Positions 48,841-58,503 of a DNA stretch of 64,000 nt are shown one piece after another. Origin of the DNA: Pirellulaceae bacterium (GTDB lineage Bacteria > Planctomycetota > Planctomycetia > Pirellulales > Pirellulaceae); assembly GCA_031374825.1 (NCBI GenBank), contig JANMGV010000004.1, positions 19,605 through 83,604 on the forward strand, written 5' to 3'. The translations under genes were made by a program, and so were the position numbers. The notes beneath the pieces are model-generated. The model was not told the DNA's origin, made no database searches, and was given only the letters and a program-made list of their open reading frames with translations. How positions within the stretch are numbered: position 1 is the stretch's first letter; every line of letters starts with the position of its first letter.

Positions 48841-50037
48841 GTTGAAATCGAAAAGCTCTAAATCCGGCGATTCTCTGCCACTGATCAAATCGCAAATTAG
48901 GTCGGAAGCGATCGCACTAAACGTGATCCCGTTACCTCCAAAACCTAAAGCGAAATAGCAATGTGGATATTCACTGCTTTCGCCGATGTAAGCCAACCCA
49001 TCTTGTGTTTCGCCGAAAGTTCCTGCCCAAGCGAACTCAACTTCCCATTGAAACGTTGGCAAAAGTGCATTCACTTTCTTTCGGATACGTTCAATTCTTT
49101 TGGGAAGGCTGCGGTCGCGGCGGGGTGGGTCGCGAAAGTCAGCATCTTCGCCTCCAACTAGAAAACGGTTGTCGTCGGTGACTCGAAAATACAAATAAGG
49201 ATTCTTCGCTTCCCACAACATCCAGTCTTTGTTCCACGGATTCAAATCCGTCAAAGGTTGCGAAACACAAGCAAACGTACTTTTCAATTTGACAATGCGT
49301 TTTCGCAACATCGACTGAGCTTCGTAGCCTGTCGCGATGACTACGTGTTCAGCGTGAATCGTCGTATCTCTGTTGGTTTTCAAGCTCACTCCGGTGCTTG
49401 TCGGCTGGTATTCAACAATCTCTGTTCTGTCGAAAATCTCCGCCCCTCGCGATACGCTTCGAGCCAACAGACCATGTGCCATTAAATACGGATCCACTGA
49501 CGCCGCCTGGGTCGAAACGATTGCCGCCGACCCTTGAATTGAAAATTGTTCTTGAATTTCTTCCGCCGATAGAAGTTTCGCATTTAAACCAATTGATCTG
49601 CGGGCATCCGTTTCTTTGCGCAGCATCTCGGCGGATTTGCGATCAGACGCCAAATAGATCGACGTTCGACTTGCGAATCCGCAGTCGATGGGTAAATTCT
49701 CTGCCAGTTCCCGGAGCGTGTCAATTGATCGGTGAGAAAGCATATAAGCGCGACGAGCTTTCTCTTCGCCGATTTTATTAGCAAGTGTGACCAAGGGCAC
49801 ATCGATTTCATATTGCAATAGCGCGGTGCTCGCGGATGTACTTCCCAAGCAAACGTCTCGTCGGTCGATTATCACGACCCTGAATCCGTCGCGTGTCAAT
49901 CGATCTGCCATGATCGCACCGCTGATGCCAGCGCCAATCACCGCAACTTGACAGCTACAGTCGTCTGTCGACGGAGGGTATGAGTTAGTTAAGCCGTTTT
50001 TTACGAACCAAAAAGGATGATCAGAAGTAAGGTCCAA
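48835..50037 (-). CDS. FAD-dependent oxidoreductase (DAO/glycine-oxidase-like)
   Basis: VAVIGAGISGAIMADRL...VVIIDRR is a Rossmann FAD motif. Length is 400 aa. Confidence 0.85.
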   Translation of the reverse strand: MDLTSDHPFWFVKNGLTNSYPPSTDDCSCQVAVIGAGISGAIMADRLTRDGFRVVIIDRRDVCLGSTSASTALLQYEIDVPLVTLANKIGEEKARRAYMLSHRSIDTLRELAENLPIDCGFASRTSIYLASDRKSAEMLRKETDARRSIGLNAKLLSAEEIQEQFSIQGSAAIVSTQAASVDPYLMAHGLLARSVSRGAEIFDRTEIVEYQPTSTGVSLKTNRDTTIHAEHVVIATGYEAQSMLRKRIVKLKSTFACVSQPLTDLNPWNKDWMLWEAKNPYLYFRVTDDNRFLVGGEDADFRDPPRRDRSLPKRIERIRKKVNALLPTFQWEVEFAWAGTFGETQDGLAYIGESSEYPHCYFALGFGGNGITFSAIASDLICDLISGRESPDLELFDFNR

Positions 50038-50108
50038 TTTAATAGTTCCACAACAGGGTTCTCAATATGGAATGAACGCGCGCGTTCGAATTGCAAGCCA
50101 TTCAACGA

Positions 50109-50137
50109 AAAATGCGGTAGCGAAAACTACCGCATTT
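50109..50137 (-). terminator. intrinsic terminator downstream of lipoprotein gene
   Basis: aaatgcggtag-cgaaaa-ctaccgcattt. On the minus strand the hairpin is followed by TTTTTCGTT. Confidence 0.55.
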
Positions 50138-50178
50138 GATCACGAAGGACAGCGATTGGGCAGAAATCCCAGTAAAGA

Positions 50179-50556
50179 TTACTTGGGATTTTTCTCGATT
50201 TGATCAGCTGTCTTCTCGCCTTGCTTTTCGATCAGGTCGGCTTTGCGTTCGCCAGCATCTTCCAAAAGGTCGGCTTTGCGCTCACCGCTGTTTTCAATCG
50301 AATCGGCCTTGTTTTCGACTCCGGGCTTGGTCGAATTGCCCAGCAAGTCTTTGTTGGTCTGATTGCGGAGCGATTCGGCCGTCGCATTCGAGTTGTTACG
50401 AATCGAATCTGCAGTGGTTTGAGTTGTGTCGCGAACACGATCAGCTTGGAATTGCGTTTCGTCCCGTACCTTTTCGGCTTTCGGGTTGTACATGGTATCA
50501 CAGCCTACGCTGAGTCCTATGGTTGCTAAACACAGTGTTAAAAAAAATCGACGCAC
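50179..50556 (-). CDS. small lipoprotein with tandem ~11-aa KAD(L/S)IE-type repeats
   Basis: A signal peptide with lipobox LSVGC is present. The C-terminus reads KADSIENSGERKADLLEDAGERKADLIEKQGEKTADQIEK. Confidence 0.6.
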   Translation of the reverse strand: MRRFFLTLCLATIGLSVGCDTMYNPKAEKVRDETQFQADRVRDTTQTTADSIRNNSNATAESLRNQTNKDLLGNSTKPGVENKADSIENSGERKADLLEDAGERKADLIEKQGEKTADQIEKNPK

Positions 50557-50937
50557 AATAAAGTCTCCTAAGTTTTTCGAATTGAAAATGGTCCGGCGTT
50601 GGTACCCGAATAGTTGTTAAGCAACGTCTATGCCAATTCAATCAAAGTCACTGAATTGTTGCCGTTAAGAGCTAGATATCTAAAAAACTCGGGCTGGAGC
50701 AGAAATGACCGGCGACGATCGAATGGAAAATGTTCGATTTGAGAGCAAGCCGTCGCGTCACCGTTCAACGCCCCTTGTGCAGCACTCCGAAAACAAGTTA
50801 CTCAAATAGAATTAGGCTTTAATAGAGGCCGATTGGAAGAAATGGAATAAACCGAAATTGCGATTTGCGATTGGCGCGGTAATTGCGTTAGATCTTATCC
50901 ATACATTTGTCGAACTGTTTTTAATGGAGCCTTAACA

Positions 50938-51111
50938 TGATCGCTATCAGTCGAACCTCAGAAACAAAGAAGTCTGTTCCCATCAGCGTGAGTTGTGAAC
51001 GAATTCGTCGTAAATGGAGTGAGCAAGAAAAAGCTGCACGCCGGCAACGAGCTGTTGAGGCACAAAAGCAATTGCTGAATCTTCTCAGCAAGCAACTAAC
51101 TTGCGAATGCT
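50938..51111 (+). CDS. possible 57-aa small basic protein (below ORF-track cutoff)
   Basis: ATG...TAG gives MIAISRTSETKKSVPISVSCERIRRKWSEQEKAARRQRAVEAQKQLLNLLSKQLTCEC. It lies immediately upstream of the structured element. Confidence 0.25.
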
Positions 51112-51139
51112 AGTCTTCGAATTGAACACACCTTATACT

Positions 51140-51308
51140 CCGCGCGGTCAGATTTGAGGTTTTGTGAGCGGCGAGGCGCTAGCCGCCGGTGCTGACCGAA
51201 TGCACAACCTGTGGCTAGCGCCTTGCGGCTCACTCAACAACACGTCCCTCACTTCTGACCGCACGGCTTATAAATAGCCCAGAGATTCTCATCTGGGCTA
51301 TTTTCGTT
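51140..51308 (+). ncRNA. candidate structured small RNA (nested long hairpin plus intrinsic terminator)
   Basis: An outer stem (gcggtcaga 51144-51152 / tctgaccgc 51254-51262) encloses a 20-bp inner stem (gtgagcggcgaggcgctagc / gctagcgccttgcggctcac). A terminator hairpin follows: aaatagcccaga-gattctca-tctgggctattt, then TTTCGTTTC. Confidence 0.35.
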
Positions 51309-51555
51309 TCAAGGCTAAATAATCGCACTGTTTGGCCAAGCGATTGACGCCGATTCCAATCAAGCGACACGTTCAAGACGGTGCTGGGCGCTTGCAGTTT
51401 GCTCTGACGGCGCATGGATACGTTCCGAAGTTTCGCTCCATGTTCCGCTGATGCGACGGCGAATGACCCCAAGCCAGTCCACTGGAGCCCTATCAATTGG
51501 AGCCCTATTAATTCACTTGTCCGCGAAACTCGTTGCAGGCAATATTACTAAGTTC

Positions 51556-51600
51556 AAAAAAAACGCCTTTGAAGTGGAAACACTTCAAAGGCAAAAAAAA
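51556..51600. terminator. bidirectional intrinsic terminator (A8-hairpin-A8)
   Basis: aaaaaaaac gcctttgaagtg gaaa cacttcaaaggc aaaaaaaa. It lies directly downstream of the minus-strand gene ending at 51628. Confidence 0.65.
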
Positions 51601-51627
51601 CGTTCGATAGTGAGCGAAAAGATCCAA

Positions 51628-51849
51628 TCACCAGGGCCGCATTTTCCAGCCGAGAATGAACCCAATTGCGAATACCGATCCGAGCACGACGTTTGGACGC
51701 CGACCGCAATACTTCTTCACAGAACAGGCAACTTCACTAATCATCAGCGAGAAATCTTCTCGCAGATCATCAGCGTCGGGTTTTTCTGTTCGGTTATTGT
51801 TCGATTTTCTCATTGAATCGGTCGGACGGTTTTGAACTTGCATAGCCAT
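51628..51849 (-). CDS. small C-terminally membrane-anchored protein (stress-cluster member)
   Basis: A 73-aa ORF with a C-terminal TM helix. It is the last gene of the co-directional cluster. Confidence 0.45.
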   Translation of the reverse strand: MAMQVQNRPTDSMRKSNNNRTEKPDADDLREDFSLMISEVACSVKKYCGRRPNVVLGSVFAIGFILGWKMRPW

Positions 51850-51880
51850 GTATATCTCCTGATATCGTTTCGTTAATTAG

Positions 51881-52327
51881 TTATTTACCCATTTGATCGA
51901 TTGTTTGTCGAAACCACGCAAGGTTTTCGTTTGCCTCGCGTTGGCTTCTTTCAAACGATTTCGGAATACCTTTGATTTGAGACCATGCAACTGCTAGGAG
52001 GACGCCAGCAACGAGCAGAAAAACACCGCCTACGCAGAGTTGAGACAACCAAACGGGCATATCTGTTAGTTCTGCCAGCAGACTGGCTAATCCTAAACCA
52101 ACAAGAGGCAACGAACTTAGAATCAGCCCGAATGCAAAAACCGAAGCTCCCAAAAAGGGTTTGGCGTGTTGAGACGCAGCTTTCGCATCCGACTTAAACA
52201 GTCGCATTTGCAGGCTCGCCAAATCGATACTTGCCCCGAGAACGGAGCCAAAACTGGCTACCGTCCGTCGGATAGGACCGTCGTGCGTGCTGTTGTGGCC
52301 GATCACATCTTTCGTTTGAGAAACCAT
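51881..52327 (-). CDS. holin-like / DUF1469 (YqjE-like) membrane protein
   Basis: Two TM hairpins with flanking basic segments. It sits in an ElaB/YqjD-type neighbourhood. Confidence 0.5.
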   Translation of the reverse strand: MVSQTKDVIGHNSTHDGPIRRTVASFGSVLGASIDLASLQMRLFKSDAKAASQHAKPFLGASVFAFGLILSSLPLVGLGLASLLAELTDMPVWLSQLCVGGVFLLVAGVLLAVAWSQIKGIPKSFERSQREANENLAWFRQTIDQMGK

Positions 52328-52533
52328 CCTGCGATACCTCCAATGGCGATCGCTATGAGCAGCGAAGTACCTGTATGATCTCGAACGAAAGTCGCAATGG
52401 ATTCCTCGATTTTGCCAGCATCGAATTTCGAAGCAGGTAATTCATTGGAATTATCCGTGCGACTTGGCGCATTTCGCTTTTCAGGGGCGGATGCGGAAGG
52501 TGTTTGGCCGTTCCGTTCTCTTGACGCGATCAT
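52303..52533 (-). CDS. small protein with C-terminal TM anchor (DUF883-like tail)
   Basis: The C-terminus reads GTSLLIAIAIGGIAGWFLKRKM. Confidence 0.35.
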   Translation of the reverse strand: MIASRERNGQTPSASAPEKRNAPSRTDNSNELPASKFDAGKIEESIATFVRDHTGTSLLIAIAIGGIAGWFLKRKM

Positions 52534-52924
52534 CTGGTTGCTCCACTACATTGCGAATCTGATCTTTTACCAAATCGGTGACATAATTTTGTACCCAACG
52601 GCTTGCGTACGCCCAAGCGATCGCACGTAATTTGTTTGCAATTGGCTGATTGACAACTCGCTTAGCAGGCCTTGCAACTCCATTGTTGTTTTCCGGAACA
52701 ACGAAGTTAGGTGCCTTCTTTGAGACGCTCGTCCTCTTTGACGGTACAAGCATGTAACCCAACGCTGCTGCTGCGAACATGAAAGGTAGCGGCTTTGCAC
52801 GAACGTGTTCACGCCAATCAGTTAATCGAGTCATATCTTCACTCAATTCCTGCAAAGCGGTTGCACCGTGCAAACGAATCACTTTCATTTCGGTTATTAG
52901 TCGATCACTTTCATCGCCAACCAC
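52481..52924 (-). CDS. hypothetical membrane-associated protein
   Basis: An ORF within the co-directional cluster. The start is uncertain. Confidence 0.4.
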   Translation of the reverse strand: MVGDESDRLITEMKVIRLHGATALQELSEDMTRLTDWREHVRAKPLPFMFAAAALGYMLVPSKRTSVSKKAPNFVVPENNNGVARPAKRVVNQPIANKLRAIAWAYASRWVQNYVTDLVKDQIRNVVEQPDDRVKRTERPNTFRIRP

Positions 52925-52948
52925 AGCTTGGGTTCCTTAATGCAAAAA

Positions 52949-53377
52949 CTAGTTGCGGCGACCGAACAACGATGCGCCAGTAACCAAACCAGCGACGATA
53001 CCAATGCCAAAGGCGATTGCTACGTATTCCATAGGTCGTTGACGAACGGCTCGCTGAGCGACATCGTAACCTTCTTGCGAAGCTTGTTGCATGTATTCGT
53101 AGCCTTCACGCAGGCCTTCGCTTGCCTTGCCGGTGTATTCGCTGGCTACTTCGGCAACGCGATTCATTGCACTAGCGGCAGTTGACGAGCTGCTCTTCAA
53201 GAACTCTTCAATGTCTTCCCGAGCTTCCCCGGTTTTGCGTTGCAACAGGCCAACTAGCTGCTGAATGTTTCCGTTGACCGAAGCCAAGTCGTCGCCGGTA
53301 ATCTGCGAATATTTTTTCTTGACGGCGCCCACGATTTGGTTCCAGGAACCTTGAACTTCTTCTTTGGTTGTCATCAC
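52949..53377 (-). CDS. CsbD-like domain fused to DUF883/ElaB-like membrane-anchored protein
   Basis: The N-terminal WNQIVGAVKKKYSQITGDDL...LQRKTGEAREDIEEF region is CsbD-like. The C-terminal TM tail is AIAFGIGIVAGLVTGASLFGRR. Confidence 0.7.
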   Translation of the reverse strand: MMTTKEEVQGSWNQIVGAVKKKYSQITGDDLASVNGNIQQLVGLLQRKTGEAREDIEEFLKSSSSTAASAMNRVAEVASEYTGKASEGLREGYEYMQQASQEGYDVAQRAVRQRPMEYVAIAFGIGIVAGLVTGASLFGRRN

Positions 53378-53693
53378 TTAAAACTCCTAATCGAATCCTT
53401 TGCTTGCCATCGCACCACGCGAAGACTTTCGGAGGAGATGAAAAAGCAGATGCCGTGCCAAACGGATATAGAACGTCGGAATTGTAATTTTGTTAGAGAA
53501 GTGGGCTGAAAACTGGTGCGTCATCAAGCCGACTGGAAGCCCAGCGATCATAGATGACCAAAAGGAGGTGGAAACGAAGGTAAAGGCCCAATTCAAGTCG
53601 TTGGCGTGAGAATTGCTTAAGAACAGTGTTGATCGATTGAAAACGTGTTTTTTTAACGCCCTCGCCCTCATTTAATAAGCGACGGAACAGCGG

Positions 53694-55598
53694 ATGGTTA
53701 AGTCAAATACAGTTACCGTAATGCAAAGCTTTTTCGTAATTGCCACCAGTTGTCTGGTAGTTGCGATCTTGATTGTAGGAAAACCGATTTTAGCGCCGTT
53801 GGCGTTAAGTTTACTTTTTGCTTTCATCTTGAATCCTGTCGTTCGATTCTTCGAAAAACGAGGGCTGTCACGGACTGCTGCGGTAAGCATCGTTGCCACA
53901 GTTGTTTTTTCCGTAGTGTTCGGCCTGACCACCGCACTTGTTATTCAGTTGCAAAGCTTGGCGATAGAATTGCCTACGCACACCAAAGAGATCGAAGAAA
54001 AAATTACTTCCTTGCGAAGTAAAAGCAGCACTACCCTGAGCGGCGTTTGGAAGATGGTAGATCGGGTAACTTCCAATTTCAACGAAGCCCAGGCAGACGC
54101 CGATCAAGTGGCCGACAAGCCAGTCGTGGTCATTGCAGAAAATTCCAAGAGCCGCTGGTTGTCTTCGGTGCCAACTTTTGTCATTCTCGCATTAGGGCCC
54201 GTGGCAACGGGAGCGCTCGTTGCCGTTATGACCATTTTCATGTTGATTTCACGCGAAGATCTTCGGAATCGCATGTTGGCCATAATCGGACGAAGTAGGT
54301 TATCGCGAACGACGCGAATCCTCGACGACACTTCGACTAGATTAAGCAAGTACCTGCTGGGACTTGTTTCGGTGAATATGGGTTTTGCAGTCGCGTTCAC
54401 CGTGGTGCTGTTTCTTGTAGGCGTGCCCTATGCGGCGGTTTGGGGTTCTGTTTCCTTTTTCTTTCGCTTTGTTCCTTTGCTCGGAACTGCGGTTTCTATG
54501 TTGTTGCCGTTGATCGTCAGCATTGCGACTCTGCCAGGTTGGATACCGCCGCTGATTATTGTTGGATCTTATTTAGCACTCGAAGCGATTACGGGCAATT
54601 TCATCGAACCCTTTTTGTTCGGTCGGTCGGTGGGGATGAATCCATTTGCTCTTTTACTGGCGATCATGTTTTGGACTTGGGCGTGGGGGCCATTAGGATT
54701 GATGTTGGCGACGCCACTGAGCCTGGTCATTGTTACGCTGGGACGCCATTTGGCATGCTTTTCTGCGCTCGATCATTTGCTCGGCGATGCACGTCCATTA
54801 CCTCATCATGTGGTGTTTTTTCAGCGAATTTTGGCTGACGACACTTCCGAAGCCACATTACTTTTCCAAGAAATTGCCAAAGAACGTGGAGCTGCATTTG
54901 CAATGCAGGAGGTGATTTATAAAGGGTTACAGCATGCAGACCGCGAATTGCGAGCCAAGTCCATTCGTCGTGAAGATCATGCAAAGGTGCTCAAGATCGC
55001 CGATGGCATTATTTTGGATGCGGCTCAGTTGCTCTCCAAGTCGGCGGGCATAAACACAACCGAAGAATCGATTACAGTAAATAATGATGCTTCACAGAAC
55101 TCACTGGTGATTGTCGGGAGTGGTCGAGCAAGCATCGCGTTAGATGTAATTGTCCATTCGCATTCCGATCAAAAATGGCTGCGGTATCAACGACTCAACC
55201 AACGCATCGCCACGCGAATTGTAAATGACAAAATACCACTCGTGATCTTATCGGAAGTTCCTCAGAACGGTTTGGCTGAAATCGAAGTTTCGATTCGTTT
55301 GCTGCGTCGCCTAGGATACGACGGATGGATCGCGGTTGGTTATTGGAAATCGAGGGCACTTACTTTTGAACTTCGGCAACAACTCAAGCAAGCGGGGGCG
55401 GACTATGTAACCCACCGAATGCACTCGATGGAGCGAATTGTCGGACGCTTTTTGCAGCAACAAAAAGAAGAACCTGAATCGACTCTCAACCCACGCAACG
55501 ATTTACACCAAAATAATGAAGTAACTATGGCTCCATTATCTGTTGTGGAAAAATCGACGGAAGATAATTCGCACCAAACCATACTCGCGACAACATAA
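53694..55598 (+). CDS. AI-2E family transporter (PerM/UPF0118) with ~270-aa C-terminal cytoplasmic extension
   Basis: The N-terminal ~360 aa have eight TM helices with AI-2E-type conservation. The C-terminal soluble domain is unrecognised. Confidence 0.8.
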   Translation: MVKSNTVTVMQSFFVIATSCLVVAILIVGKPILAPLALSLLFAFILNPVVRFFEKRGLSRTAAVSIVATVVFSVVFGLTTALVIQLQSLAIELPTHTKEIEEKITSLRSKSSTTLSGVWKMVDRVTSNFNEAQADADQVADKPVVVIAENSKSRWLSSVPTFVILALGPVATGALVAVMTIFMLISREDLRNRMLAIIGRSRLSRTTRILDDTSTRLSKYLLGLVSVNMGFAVAFTVVLFLVGVPYAAVWGSVSFFFRFVPLLGTAVSMLLPLIVSIATLPGWIPPLIIVGSYLALEAITGNFIEPFLFGRSVGMNPFALLLAIMFWTWAWGPLGLMLATPLSLVIVTLGRHLACFSALDHLLGDARPLPHHVVFFQRILADDTSEATLLFQEIAKERGAAFAMQEVIYKGLQHADRELRAKSIRREDHAKVLKIADGIILDAAQLLSKSAGINTTEESITVNNDASQNSLVIVGSGRASIALDVIVHSHSDQKWLRYQRLNQRIATRIVNDKIPLVILSEVPQNGLAEIEVSIRLLRRLGYDGWIAVGYWKSRALTFELRQQLKQAGADYVTHRMHSMERIVGRFLQQQKEEPESTLNPRNDLHQNNEVTMAPLSVVEKSTEDNSHQTILATT

Positions 55599-55712
55599 TG
55601 GGAATTGAAAGTCACAAGTTGCTGACTACGAAATGCAATAAGACACCCTGAGGTTTCTTCGGGAAAGCTGGTCCTGTAATTTGTTATCTTCGCTTTCGAT
55701 CCGGTTAAGCTC

Positions 55713-58067
55713 ATGCATACTCGATCAAAAATAACCGAAGCTGAGTTGAACAACAACTTCGGAAGGCATTTTGTTCCTCCAATCGCAGCCCTCATTCTGC
55801 TGGGCATTCTTACTTTGCTAAGCTTGGAGAATATCCAGAGGAGTGAGTCAACGATTGCGCGCGCTCATCAGGCGAACGCTATTATCAAGGATTTGCAGCT
55901 TCATATACTCAATGCCGAAACAGGTCAGCGCGGTTATCTGCTGTCCGGTGAGCGAAGTTATCTACAGCCCTATCATTCCGCTCATGCATTGGTCGACAGC
56001 GAATTAATCAAGCTGAAAAATGTCGCTGAGATCCTGAACGTCGATATTGATTACACAACTTTTGACGAGTTGGCGCAGGAACGGTTTGGGCAATTGCGGC
56101 ATACGATTCAACTGCAGGAAGAAGGAAAGCGCGACGAAGTAGCTTCGTTTATCGCGAGCCATGTTGGTGAAAATACGATGAATAAGATTCGATCCGCAGC
56201 GGCGAAAATCGAGTCTCGTTTGGCAAACAAGATCAATGAAAGCGATCGCAGAGCGAGCGACGTTCATTTGGCGGCCTGGGTAACTGCAGCAGTAGCGATC
56301 CCGTTGGCTCTCTTTGCGGTGATTTGGTCGCTGGTGCGAGCGGATGCCGAATTGCAGAGGCGCAAACGTGGTGAAGAAATCATAAAACGACGTGCACAGC
56401 AACTAAAATCTATGGCGGACATCATTGCGCGAATTGTTGCCGCCAAAGACGTCGATTCCGTCATTGGGATTGCACTCAATGAATTTAGGCAATTAGTAGG
56501 TGCTCGTGAAGCTCTCGTGCAAATACATGAAAACGGGAAAGCTCGAATCGTTCGGGGTATTGTCGCAGCGGGGGATCAGCAGGCTTCGCAGGAATACTTG
56601 TCCTGCGTGTTTCAGTTGATTAATCACGTCTCGCGCGGCGAAGCGTCCTTTCACCGCCATCGATCCGAAATTGAAAATTCCCCCGATATCCTAGCCATGC
56701 CAGCGTGGTCCGTTTGTGGTGCCGCGATGGACGACGTATTATCCGCTCCCCTGCAAGATGAAGAAGGAAAAGAGTACGGGCGCATCGTGTTGTTGGGCAA
56801 ATACGATGATACGTTCGATGGAAACGACGTGATGATTGCAGCCCAGCTTGCATTCACCGTTTCGGTTGCTTTGCAAAACGCTCGCTTGACCGCTTTGGCT
56901 CACCGGGAAGCGGAGAGAAAAGATGAGTTTTTGGCTATGTTGGGACATGAACTGCGTAATCCGTTGGCAGGGATCTTAACCGGCAGCGAAACATTGCTGG
57001 CAACTGCGGAAGATCAGTCTGCAAGGCCGCTTTTCGAATCGATTCATCGACAATCAGAATTAATGAGCCATGTCGTCGACGACTTGCTCGATGTTTCTCG
57101 AATCGGCCAGGGCAAAGTCACCCTCAACAAGGCATTTCTCGATCTCAACGAGTTAATCGACCAACTCATAAAAGACCACAGCCTCTTGACTCCAAACCGG
57201 TCGATCAATTTGTCACTCCCCAAGAAACCGATAATTATTTTTGCAGATCGATTACGCATCACGCAAAGCATTACAAATCTTCTTCAAAACGCATTGAAGT
57301 TTTCCGAGCCAGACCAACCAGTCGACGTGACAGTTGCCATTCGTGCAGATGGTCCACAACGAGTAACGCTGTCTGTTACCGATTACGGCGTCGGTCTCCA
57401 ATCGAGGGAGATTGCCGAGATATTCCATCTTTTCCACCAATCCCGAGTGTCTATTGATCGTACCCATGGCGGTTTAGGTGTAGGCTTAACGGTGGCTCGT
57501 GGATTGATCGAAATGCACGATGGAAAAATCGAAGTTACCAGCGATGGTTTAGGGCATGGAGCTACGTTTACAATCACATTACCTTTTGTAGAAGACCGTT
57601 ACCAATACGGTCCCAGAAAATCTGGAGCCATGGACAACTCTATGTCGACTGCGAACCAAGATAGTGCCCGAAAACTAAGTCGGGTTTTGGTAATCGATGA
57701 TCGAATAGACGTGATTCTTCCTATTCGCATTCTTCTCAAAAAAGAAGGTCACCCATTCGAGGAAGCATATACGGGCCAAGAGGGTTTGGCCAAAGCTCGT
57801 GAGTTCAAGCCCGATTTCATCCTGTGTGATATAGGCTTGCCGGGCGAAATGAGCGGGTTCGACGTCGCACGTGCGATTCGCAAAGACGAACATTTGGCTG
57901 ATGTTTATCTAGTCGCGCTCACCGGTTACAGCCAACCGCTGGATCAGCGCCAGTCGTTGCAAGCAGGTTTCGATTATCATGTCGCAAAGCCCATCGAACT
58001 GAAGATGCTTCGTCAATTAGTGGAACAGCGACCAAAACTCTCACTCCCAAGTTATGTTCCAGAGTAG
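55713..58067 (+). CDS. hybrid sensor histidine kinase: CHASE3 - TM - GAF-like - HisKA - HATPase_c - receiver
   Basis: The CHASE3 motif ETGQRGYLLSGERSYLQPY is present. The H-box is LAMLGHELRNPLAGI. G1 and G2 boxes are TDYGVGL and GGLGVGL. The C-terminal REC domain has VLVIDDR...DFILCDIGLPG...KP. Confidence 0.85.
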   Translation: MHTRSKITEAELNNNFGRHFVPPIAALILLGILTLLSLENIQRSESTIARAHQANAIIKDLQLHILNAETGQRGYLLSGERSYLQPYHSAHALVDSELIKLKNVAEILNVDIDYTTFDELAQERFGQLRHTIQLQEEGKRDEVASFIASHVGENTMNKIRSAAAKIESRLANKINESDRRASDVHLAAWVTAAVAIPLALFAVIWSLVRADAELQRRKRGEEIIKRRAQQLKSMADIIARIVAAKDVDSVIGIALNEFRQLVGAREALVQIHENGKARIVRGIVAAGDQQASQEYLSCVFQLINHVSRGEASFHRHRSEIENSPDILAMPAWSVCGAAMDDVLSAPLQDEEGKEYGRIVLLGKYDDTFDGNDVMIAAQLAFTVSVALQNARLTALAHREAERKDEFLAMLGHELRNPLAGILTGSETLLATAEDQSARPLFESIHRQSELMSHVVDDLLDVSRIGQGKVTLNKAFLDLNELIDQLIKDHSLLTPNRSINLSLPKKPIIIFADRLRITQSITNLLQNALKFSEPDQPVDVTVAIRADGPQRVTLSVTDYGVGLQSREIAEIFHLFHQSRVSIDRTHGGLGVGLTVARGLIEMHDGKIEVTSDGLGHGATFTITLPFVEDRYQYGPRKSGAMDNSMSTANQDSARKLSRVLVIDDRIDVILPIRILLKKEGHPFEEAYTGQEGLAKAREFKPDFILCDIGLPGEMSGFDVARAIRKDEHLADVYLVALTGYSQPLDQRQSLQAGFDYHVAKPIELKMLRQLVEQRPKLSLPSYVPE

Positions 58068-58428
58068 AAGTTTGGTTTGCCGTAGTTCTAACTTTCAGTA
58101 GGTTGACGAACGCAACAATCGTTTCGTGCCCCCCCCGAAGCATGCCCCCAGCCCAGACGATGAGCTTGGTCTCGATCGTCGCAAAGAGAAACGTTCGCAA
58201 ACGCAATCGCCTTTCCTTGTTGTTACTCGTCTCAATCAACGTCATTCAGGAGCGGCAGAGTAAATCTATCATCACCTCGATTTACGAAACATTCAGCGCC
58301 GCTCTTATCTGGAAATCGGTCGCCAAGTAGTTCCCAATCACAGGGATTCGGTGGAGAATCCAACAGCGGCTGTAGGTTTTAAAATCCGTAAAGGATTTTC
58401 GCAGAATGGGAATGACATCGATCAATGC

Positions 58429-58470
58429 AAAAAAGAGTCCGCCAGTTTGCTAATCAAACCGACGGACTCT
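58429..58470 (-). terminator. intrinsic terminator downstream of glycine-zipper gene
   Basis: A gagtccgcc ... gacggactc stem is followed, on the minus strand, by TTTTTTGC. Confidence 0.5.
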
Positions 58471-58503
58471 TCGAGACGATTTATTTAGTGAGTGTGCCTA
58501 TAA

